64,000 nt of DNA, taken from assembly GCF_055900595.2 (NCBI RefSeq), contig NZ_CM148325.1, one strand, 5' to 3'. The translations under genes and the position numbers were made by a program. The notes below the pieces were generated by a model. That model made no database searches, was not told the origin of the DNA, and was given only the letters and a program-made list of their open reading frames with translations. Below, one piece after another: positions 57,073-64,000 of this stretch (position 1 is the stretch's first letter; the number at the start of each line of letters is the position of its first letter).

Positions 57073-57691
57073 TACGCTTTTGCAAAAAACCGGGTTAGTC
57101 GCCATTTTACGCGGCGTGAAACCGGATGAGATTGTCGCCATCGGTGAAAAGCTGTATGCCGCTGGATTTCGCCTGATTGAGATTCCCATGAACTCGCCGG
57201 AGCCGTTGCAAAGTATCAGTTTACTGCGCGACGCCCTGCCTAAGGACTGCCTGGTCGGAGCCGGAACTGTGCTTTCGGTGGAGCAAGTCGTCGCGGTTAA
57301 AGAGGCTGGAGGCCAGATTATCGTAATGCCGCATTGCGATACTGCGGTGATCCGTCGTGCCCGTGCGCTGGGTATGTATTGTGCGCCTGGCGTCGCTACG
57401 CCCACCGAAGCTTTTGCTGCCATTGAACATGGCGCCAATGCCATCAAGCTGTTCCCGGCTGAACAAATTACGCCTGAAGTCACCAAAGCCTGGCGTGCGG
57501 TTATTCCACAATCCGTTCCGATGTTACCGGTTGGCGGTATCACTCCAGACACAATGGCGCGTTATCTGAGCCACGGCGCAAACGGCTTTGGCCTCGGTTC
57601 TGCGCTATATCGCCCCGGCATGACGCCAGAGCAAGTCTATGAAAATGCAGTACTGTTTATGAACGCATGGAACAATTTAAATAGCAAATAA
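57062..57691 (+). CDS. 2-dehydro-3-deoxy-6-phosphogalactonate / KDPG-type class I aldolase (DgoA/Eda family)
   Basis: The start is set at ATG 57062 (MPFNTLLQKTGLVAILRGVKPDEIVAIGEKLYAAGFRLIEIPMNSP), giving 209 aa with an 11-nt overlap with the kinase gene. It matches DgoA motifs AILRG, EIPLNSP, GAGTVL, the K in LFPA and VGG. Confidence 0.85.
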   Translation: MPFNTLLQKTGLVAILRGVKPDEIVAIGEKLYAAGFRLIEIPMNSPEPLQSISLLRDALPKDCLVGAGTVLSVEQVVAVKEAGGQIIVMPHCDTAVIRRARALGMYCAPGVATPTEAFAAIEHGANAIKLFPAEQITPEVTKAWRAVIPQSVPMLPVGGITPDTMARYLSHGANGFGLGSALYRPGMTPEQVYENAVLFMNAWNNLNSK

Positions 57692-57715
57692 CTGATAAAT
57701 AAGGATATAAAAGCA

Positions 57716-58690
57716 ATGATAAAACATCTTACCTTACCGAAAAAAATGGCTGCAATGGTACTTCTTGCCGGCGCTGCCCTCAGCACTGCGCCTGTGCAGG
57801 CGGCCTCCTGGCCAACCAAACAGATCGAGTTAGTCGTACCCTACGCGGCCGGAGGCGGTACGGATCTGGTTGCCCGTGCCTTTGCTGATGCCGCCAAAAA
57901 CCATTTGCCCGTCAGCATCGGGGTTATCAATAAACCTGGCGGTGGCGGCGCTATCGGCCTGAGTGAAATCGCCGCTGCCCGCCCTAACGGTTACAAAATG
58001 GGTTTAGGCACGGTTGAACTGACCACCCTTCCCAGTCTCGGAATGGTGCGTTTTAAAACCAGCGACTTTAAACCCATTGCCCGTCTGAATGCGGATCCGG
58101 CTGCTATCACCGTCCGTGCCGATGCACCGTGGAATAGCTATGAAGAATTTATGACTTACGCCAAAGCGAATCCCGGAAAAGTACGCATTGGTAACTCAGG
58201 CACCGGAGCAATCTGGCATCTGGCGGCAGCTGCACTGGAAGACAAAACGGGCGTGAAGTTTTCTCATGTCCCATATGACGGCGCAGCCCCTGCCATTACA
58301 GGCCTGTTAGGCGGGCATATTGAAGCGGTTTCCGTAAGCCCAGGTGAAGTTATCAATCATGTGAAAGGCGGCAAGCTGAAGACACTGGTAGTGATGGCGG
58401 ATGAACATATGAAAACCATGCCTGACGTACCGACGTTAAAAGAGAAAGGCGTTGATCTCTCCATCGGCACCTGGCGCGGCCTGATTGTGTCGCAAAAAAC
58501 GCCGCAGGATGTGGTGGATGTTCTGGCAAAGGCAGCAAAAGAGACGGCTGAAGAGCCTGCATTCCAGGATGCGCTGCAAAAGTTGAATCTCAACTATGCA
58601 TGGCTTGATGGTGCCAGCTTCCAGACCCAAATCAACGAGCAGGAAAAGTACTTTGACGAGCTGCTGACTCGCCTGGGCCTGAAAAAATAA
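57716..58690 (+). CDS. tripartite tricarboxylate transporter (TTT) periplasmic substrate-binding protein, TctC/Bug family
   Basis: 324-aa ORF with a signal peptide ending APVQA-AS. It has the Bug-family motif VVPYAAGGGTDLVAR. Confidence 0.85.
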   Translation: MIKHLTLPKKMAAMVLLAGAALSTAPVQAASWPTKQIELVVPYAAGGGTDLVARAFADAAKNHLPVSIGVINKPGGGGAIGLSEIAAARPNGYKMGLGTVELTTLPSLGMVRFKTSDFKPIARLNADPAAITVRADAPWNSYEEFMTYAKANPGKVRIGNSGTGAIWHLAAAALEDKTGVKFSHVPYDGAAPAITGLLGGHIEAVSVSPGEVINHVKGGKLKTLVVMADEHMKTMPDVPTLKEKGVDLSIGTWRGLIVSQKTPQDVVDVLAKAAKETAEEPAFQDALQKLNLNYAWLDGASFQTQINEQEKYFDELLTRLGLKK

Positions 58691-58706
58691 TCCCGAGGTA
58701 CGGTCG

Positions 58707-59213
58707 ATGAACACAAAACAGTCTGTTGCTCAACTCGCCGTACCGCACCGCAAGCGCCTTTCATCCACTGTGGTGGTGGCGCTGTTACTTTGTGTGGTTG
58801 CTGGCGCGGTGATAATTAATGCCGCTGATTTTCCAGCAACTGCCATTGAAACGGATCCCGGTGCAAGTGCCTTCCCTACTTTCTATGCCTGCGCTCTGAT
58901 TGTGCTCGCTGTCTTACTTGTGATACGCGATCTTTTGCTGGCAAAACCAGTCCCTTGCGCCAACGCACAGGAAAAACCGGCATTCAGGAAAACGGCAACA
59001 GGAATTGCGGCAACCGCGTTTTATATCGTGGCAATGAGCTACTGCGGTTATCTCATTACTACTCCTGTTTTCCTCATCGTCATTATGGCATTGATGGGCT
59101 ACAGGCGATGGGTACTCACACCGGGTATTGCGCTGCTGTTAACGGCAATCCTCTGGTTGCTGTTTGTCGAAGCGTTACAGGTGCCATTGCCTGTCGGCAC
59201 ATTTTTCGAATAA
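58707..59213 (+). CDS. TTT small membrane subunit, TctB family
   Basis: 168-aa ORF with 4 hydrophobic segments and a GAGG RBS, positioned between the TctC and TctA genes. Confidence 0.75.
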   Translation: MNTKQSVAQLAVPHRKRLSSTVVVALLLCVVAGAVIINAADFPATAIETDPGASAFPTFYACALIVLAVLLVIRDLLLAKPVPCANAQEKPAFRKTATGIAATAFYIVAMSYCGYLITTPVFLIVIMALMGYRRWVLTPGIALLLTAILWLLFVEALQVPLPVGTFFE

Positions 59214-59225
59214 CAGGGGCCTGCA

Positions 59226-60716
59226 ATGTTTGAAAGTGAACTTTTAACTCAGGGGTTTTCGACATTACTCAGTAATCCTCAGGCGCTGCTGTTTGCCACG
59301 TTTGGAGTGATGCTGGGTATTATGATTGGCGCTCTGCCTGGCCTGACAGCGACCATGGGTGTGGCGATTTTGCTGCCTTTCACCTACGGCATGGAGCCTG
59401 TTTCTGGCTTGTTGATGATTTGCGGTGTCTTTTTTGGTGGTGTGTATGGTGGTTCTATCACCGCAATTTTGCTCAAAATTCCCGGTACGCCTGCCGCCGC
59501 TGCCACCGCCATTGACGGATATGAGCTGACGAAGCAGGGAAAAGCCGGGCTGGCGTTAAGTGCCGCCACGTTCTCTTCTTTTAGCGGTGGAACGCTCAGC
59601 ATTATCGTATTGATGTTTCTCTCTCCGGTACTTGCCAGTTGGGCGTTGAAATTTAGTGCCTCGGAGTCCTTCGCCCTGGCAACCTTCGGACTGAGCATTA
59701 TTGCCAGTATTTCCGGTGAGTCACTGATTAAAGGGCTGATTGCCGGGGTTGGCGGATTGCTTATCGCAACGATAGGCCTTGATCCAATGGGCGGTTTTCC
59801 ACGCTTTACAGGTGGATTTGTGGAGCTGATGAATGTGCCATTTATCCCGGTGATGATTGGTTTATTTGCTGCTTCAGAAGCATTCCGCTCTATGGAGCAA
59901 AACCAGCAAATTCGTCAGGGGGCGAAGGTGGCTATCGGCAGTCTGTTACTGCCCTGGCAAACACTACGCCGCATCGCATTAACCATTTTGCGCTCATCAG
60001 GATTAGGGGTTTTTATCGGCATGATCCCCGGTGCGGGGGCAGATATTGCAGCTTTTGTTGCCTATAACGAAACTCGTCGTTTCAGTAAGACGCCTGAAAA
60101 CTTTGGTAAGGGTGAGATTAAGGCGGTGGCCTCCTGTGAGGCAGGCGCGAATGGCTGCACCGGTGGCGCATTGTTACCTATGCTGACGTTGGGGATCCCA
60201 GGCGATGCGGTAACTGCCATCATGCTGGGCGCGTTAACGTTACAAGGGATGCAGCCAGGCCCACTTATGTTTACCGACCACGGCGATATGGTTTATACGC
60301 TGTTTGTCGGCATGATCTTTTGTTACTTCATGCTGCTAGTTCTTGGACTGCTCTCTTTGAAAGTCATCGGTAACGTGGTGAAGATCCCCGGCAATATTCT
60401 CACGCCGATGATCCTCGCACTTTGTGTGGTCGGGACTTATGCGCTGAACAATAGCCTGTTTGATGTTGGCATTATGCTGATTGCAGGCGTGGTGGGCTAT
60501 TTCATGCAAAAAGGGGGGTATCCGGCATCACCCGTAGTGCTGGCATTGATTATGGGGCCAATGGCGGAAAGTAATTTTCGCCGTGCGCTGTCGCTTTCTG
60601 GTGGGTCACTCGACTTTCTGTATACCCGACCGATAACCCTGGCATTGCTGACACTGGCAGCCTTTACGCTACTGACGCCAATAATACGCAAAATTATGCG
60701 CTTACGGCGTCAGTAA
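59226..60716 (+). CDS. TTT large permease subunit, TctA family
   Basis: 496-aa polytopic membrane protein. It has typical TctA features: GALPGLTATMGVAILLP, GIPGDAVTAIMLGAL and GMIPGAGADIAAF. Confidence 0.85.
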   Translation: MFESELLTQGFSTLLSNPQALLFATFGVMLGIMIGALPGLTATMGVAILLPFTYGMEPVSGLLMICGVFFGGVYGGSITAILLKIPGTPAAAATAIDGYELTKQGKAGLALSAATFSSFSGGTLSIIVLMFLSPVLASWALKFSASESFALATFGLSIIASISGESLIKGLIAGVGGLLIATIGLDPMGGFPRFTGGFVELMNVPFIPVMIGLFAASEAFRSMEQNQQIRQGAKVAIGSLLLPWQTLRRIALTILRSSGLGVFIGMIPGAGADIAAFVAYNETRRFSKTPENFGKGEIKAVASCEAGANGCTGGALLPMLTLGIPGDAVTAIMLGALTLQGMQPGPLMFTDHGDMVYTLFVGMIFCYFMLLVLGLLSLKVIGNVVKIPGNILTPMILALCVVGTYALNNSLFDVGIMLIAGVVGYFMQKGGYPASPVVLALIMGPMAESNFRRALSLSGGSLDFLYTRPITLALLTLAAFTLLTPIIRKIMRLRRQ

Positions 60717-60770
60717 TTGATATCGCTCCCCGACGTTGGGGAGTATGAGACTGATGACAAACGCTAAATT

Positions 60771-60868
60771 GCCTGATGCGCTGCGCTTATCAGGCCTACC
60801 ACAGAAATGCAATATATTGAATTTGCATGCTTTTGTAGGCCGGATAAGGCGATCACGCCGCATCCGGC
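60771..60868. repeat. BIME (two inverted REP units around an A/T-rich core)
   Basis: GCCTGATGCGCTGCGCTTATCAGGCCTAC (60771-60799) and GTAGGCCGGATAAGGCGATCACGCCGCATCCGGC (60835-60868). Confidence 0.85.
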
Positions 60869-60901
60869 ATGAACAAAGCACACGTTAACAACAATCGGAA
60901 T

Positions 60902-60928
60902 GCTCCCCTAAGCCAGGGAGCGTTTTTT
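60902..60928. terminator. hairpin terminator between convergent tctA-like gene and udp
   Basis: GCTCCC (60902-60907), an 8-nt loop, GGGAGC (60916-60921), followed by GTTTTTTAT on the plus strand. The T-run overlaps the udp stop codon. Confidence 0.7.
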
Positions 60929-61691
60929 ATTTCAGCAGACGACGCGCCGCTTCCACCACGATTTTCACCGCATGGCTTTCGGTTTGTTTCATCGTCTCAG
61001 CATTCGGGATCTCTTGTTGGGTACGATTGACGATAACGCCCGCCACCATACCGGCACGAAGGCCCTGGCTTGCACACATGGTCAGCAGGGTTGCAGATTC
61101 CATTTCATAGTTCATTACGCCCATCGCCTGCCACTCTTCCATAGAACCTTTAAAGTGACGAACTACGCGACCAGAGTAAGTATCGTAACGTTCCTGACCT
61201 GGGTAGAAGGTATCAGAAGAAGCCGTCACGCCAACGTGAGTCGTCGCGCCGATGGATTTCGCAGCCTCAACCAGCGCGGTCGTACATTCGAAATCAGCGA
61301 CAGCCGGGAATTCCAGCGGTGCGAAGTGCAGGCTCGCGCCATCCAGACGAACAGACGCCGTGGTAACCAGGACATCGCCAACATTAATATGCGGCTGAAT
61401 AGCGCCCGTTGTACCGATACGCAGGAAGGTGCGAATGCCCAGCTGTGCCAGCTCTTCAACTGCAATAGAGGTAGACGGGCCGCCGATACCGGTAGAGCAG
61501 ACGATAACAGGTTTACCATCCAGCTCTGCACGCCAGGTGGTGAATTCGCGGTGAGATGCCAGCTTAACCGGCTTATCCATCAGCGCGGCGATCTTTTCCA
61601 CACGATCCGGGTCGCCAGGGACGATGGCAAGCGTAGCCCCTTGTAAATCGTTTTTAGTGAGGCCGAGATGAAAAACATCAGACTTGGACAT
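60927..61691 (-). CDS. udp: uridine phosphorylase
   Basis: The start is set at ATG 61691 ([31 protein letters not shown]) after a GAGGAG RBS, giving 253 aa. Confidence 0.97.
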   Translation of the reverse strand: MSKSDVFHLGLTKNDLQGATLAIVPGDPDRVEKIAALMDKPVKLASHREFTTWRAELDGKPVIVCSTGIGGPSTSIAVEELAQLGIRTFLRIGTTGAIQPHINVGDVLVTTASVRLDGASLHFAPLEFPAVADFECTTALVEAAKSIGATTHVGVTASSDTFYPGQERYDTYSGRVVRHFKGSMEEWQAMGVMNYEMESATLLTMCASQGLRAGMVAGVIVNRTQQEIPNAETMKQTESHAVKIVVEAARRLLK

Positions 61692-61952
61692 ATACAACTC
61701 CTCTGTGAATCGGTTTAGTCAGAAGAAGCAAAAAGACACTTTACCGAAGGGTTTAACATTTTTTCGTGACACTCATCACCTTGATGCAAATGCGTTGCAT
61801 AAATTTACCCAGCAAAAGTGATGCGAATCACATAAATCACTCTTCATTCTGCATGACTGCATAAAAGATGAGCCGATTCAGGCAATGTGATTTGTTGCAT
61901 GCTGACTATAGTTAACATTGCGCAACATTTTTATAAGGGTACGGAGAATACC

Positions 61953-62768
61953 ATGGCAACAACACAACAATCTGGATTTGCACCTGCTGCATCACCTCTC
62001 GCTTCGACCATCGTTCAGACCCCGGATGACGCGATTGTAGCAGGCATCACCTCTATCCCTTCACAAGGGGATAACATGCCTGCTTACCATGCCAGACCAA
62101 AGCAGAGCGATGGCCTACTACCAGTGGTCATTGTAGTGCAGGAAATTTTTGGCGTGCATGAACATATCCGCGATATTTGTCGCCGTCTGGCGCTGGAGGG
62201 GTATCTGGCTATCGCACCTGAACTTTACTTCCGCGAAGGCGATCCGAATGATTTTGCCGATATCCCTACGCTGCTTAGCGGTCTGGTAGCAAAAGTGCCT
62301 GACTCGCAGGTGCTGGCCGATCTCGATCATGTCGCCAGTTGGGCGTCACGCAACGGCGGCGATGTTCATCGCTTAATGATCACCGGATTTTGCTGGGGTG
62401 GGCGCATCACCTGGCTGTATGCTGCGCATAATCCACAACTGAAAGCAGCGGTGGCATGGTACGGCAAATTAACCGGCGATAAGACGCTGAATTCACCGAA
62501 ACAACCTGTTGATATCGCAACCGATCTTAACGCTCCGGTTCTCGGCTTATATGGCGGCCAGGATAACAGCATTCCGCAGGAGAGCGTTGAAACCATGCGC
62601 CAGGCGCTGCGGGCTGCTAATGCGAAAGCAGAGATTATCGTCTACCCGGATGCCGGGCATGCATTCAACGCCGATTATCGCCCGAGCTATCATGCCGAAT
62701 CTGCGAAAGATGGCTGGCAGCGAATGCTGGAGTGGTTCAGGCTGTATGGTGGGAAGAAGTCGCTGTAA
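61953..62768 (+). CDS. ysgA: dienelactone hydrolase family protein YsgA (DlhH)
   Basis: The start is set at ATG 61953 ([31 protein letters not shown]), giving 271 aa. It has the nucleophile-elbow-like motif GFCWGG and a DAGHAF motif. Confidence 0.93.
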   Translation: MATTQQSGFAPAASPLASTIVQTPDDAIVAGITSIPSQGDNMPAYHARPKQSDGLLPVVIVVQEIFGVHEHIRDICRRLALEGYLAIAPELYFREGDPNDFADIPTLLSGLVAKVPDSQVLADLDHVASWASRNGGDVHRLMITGFCWGGRITWLYAAHNPQLKAAVAWYGKLTGDKTLNSPKQPVDIATDLNAPVLGLYGGQDNSIPQESVETMRQALRAANAKAEIIVYPDAGHAFNADYRPSYHAESAKDGWQRMLEWFRLYGGKKSL

Positions 62769-62777
62769 TGAGAAAAG

Positions 62778-62800
62778 ACCGGGTGGTATTACCACCCGGT
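62778..62800. terminator. bidirectional hairpin terminator between ysgA and metE
   Basis: ACCGGGTGGTA / TACCACCCGGT is a perfect palindrome centred at 62789. It is flanked by an A-run (plus-strand upstream) and TTGGATTTT downstream. Confidence 0.8.
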
Positions 62801-62807
62801 TTGGATT

Positions 62808-64000
62808 TTACCCCCGACGCAAATTCTGCGCCGCCTGCACCATGTTCGCCAGTGCCGCGCGGGTTTCTGGCCAGCCGCGCGTTTTCAGACCACAGTCCGG
62901 GTTGACCCACAGACGCTCTGCCGGAATGCGTTTTGCCGCTTTCTTCAGCAGGGACTCAATCCATTCCACGCTCGGTACGTTTGGCGAGTGAATGTCATAG
63001 ACGCCAGGACCGATTTCATTCGGATAATCAAACTCTTCAAACGACTCCAGCAACTCCATGTCGGAACGCGAGGTTTCGATTGTGATGACGTCAGCATCCA
63101 GCGCCGCAATCGAATCCATGATGTCGTTGAACTCGCAGTAACACATGTGAGTGTGGATTTGCGTGTCATCTTTCGCTACGGCAGCGTTGATACGGAAAGC
63201 CTCCACGCCCCACTGAAGATAGGCATCCCAGTCGCTGCGACGCAGCGGTAAACCTTCGCGTAGCGCCGGTTCATCAATCTGGATGATGCCAATTCCAGCC
63301 GCTTCCAGATCGGCCACTTCATCACGCAGCGCCAGCGCAATTTGTTTGGCGATGGTTTCACGGCTGACATCTTCACGCGGGAACGACCAGCAGAGAATGG
63401 TCACCGGACCAGTCAGCATCCCTTTCACCGGTTTGTCGGTCAGCGATTGCGCATACTTCGCCCACTCCACAGTAATCGGTGCCGGGCGGCTAACGTCACC
63501 AATGACAATCGGTGGCTTCACGCAGCGGGAACCGTAGCTCTGTACCCAACCGTTTTGCGTAAAGACAAAGCCATCCAGGTGCTCGCCAAAGTATTCCACC
63601 ATGTCATTACGCTCGGCCTCACCATGCACCAGCACATCCAGACCCAGACGTTCCTGCTCAACAATGGCCTGCTTGATATGTTCTGCAATGCCCGTACGAT
63701 AGTTGTTGGCGTCGAGATTACCCTTTTTGAAATCCAGACGCAGGGTACGGATTTCTGTGGTTTGCGGGAAAGAGCCAATCGTGGTGGTCGGCCAGGCTGG
63801 CAGTTTAAAACGCGCACGCTGGGCTTCAGCACGCACTTCATAAACGTTCGCACGCTGACTGTCCTGGGCGGTGATCGCCGACAGACGCTTTTCTACTGCC
63901 GGATTATGTACACGAGTAGAGTGACGACGCGCCTGAATCGGAGCGCTCCACCCTGCCAGAGCTGCCGTATCACCACTGTTCAGCGCATCGCGCAGCAATG
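62808..64000 (-). CDS. metE: cobalamin-independent methionine synthase MetE, C-terminal portion (gene continues beyond the window)
   Basis: The ORF is open to the window edge. The C-terminal catalytic domain has zinc-ligand motifs HTHMCYCEF and PDCGLKTR and ends AQNLRRG*. Confidence 0.96.
   Translation of the reverse strand, partial: LLRDALNSGDTAALAGWSAPIQARRHSTRVHNPAVEKRLSAITAQDSQRANVYEVRAEAQRARFKLPAWPTTTIGSFPQTTEIRTLRLDFKKGNLDANNYRTGIAEHIKQAIVEQERLGLDVLVHGEAERNDMVEYFGEHLDGFVFTQNGWVQSYGSRCVKPPIVIGDVSRPAPITVEWAKYAQSLTDKPVKGMLTGPVTILCWSFPREDVSRETIAKQIALALRDEVADLEAAGIGIIQIDEPALREGLPLRRSDWDAYLQWGVEAFRINAAVAKDDTQIHTHMCYCEFNDIMDSIAALDADVITIETSRSDMELLESFEEFDYPNEIGPGVYDIHSPNVPSVEWIESLLKKAAKRIPAERLWVNPDCGLKTRGWPETRAALANMVQAAQNLRRG

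Overview
This window is an Escherichia coli-type chromosomal segment. By gene content and order it matches the K-12 metE to yihQ region (about 86-88 min), read in reverse orientation relative to K-12. Most of it is conserved core. It holds the sulfoquinovose block (yihR end, yihQ, yihP, yihO, ompL), typA/bipA, the glnA-glnL-glnG nitrogen operon with its sigma54 promoter and NtrC enhancer, yshB, hemN and yihI. It continues with the sRNAs CsrC and Spot 42, engB, polA, yihG, yihF, dsbA, srkA, yihD and mobAB. A complete rrnA operon follows (16S, tRNA-Ile, tRNA-Ala, 23S, 5S on the minus strand). The remainder is hemG, trkH, yigZ, pepQ, fadBA, fre, ubiD, rfaH, tatABCD, ubiB/ubiJ/ubiE, rmuC, udp, ysgA and the 3' part of metE. 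Three segments are not in K-12 as I remember it. (1) At 7026-12563, a tightly coupled six-gene operon sits where K-12 has yihL-yihM-yihN. It encodes an RNI-type leucine-rich-repeat protein, an ATP-grasp ligase, an alkaline-phosphatase-superfamily hydrolase, a HemN-like radical SAM enzyme, a second small radical SAM enzyme with a Cys-rich C-terminus, and a Cof-type HAD phosphatase. I know of no experimentally defined function for this combination, and it is the best candidate for an undescribed system. (2) At 55155-60926, between rmuC and udp, lies a six-gene island with an IclR regulator, DgoK-like kinase, DgoA-like aldolase and a TctCBA tripartite tricarboxylate-type transporter. (3) At 160-1035, a TauE/SafE permease is inserted between yihR and yihQ. 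No CRISPR array, IS element, integrase or prophage gene was seen. REP/BIME repeats mark several intergenic regions, including two island junctions. All calls rest on reading the translations and DNA motifs and on remembered E. coli sequences. No database search was possible.
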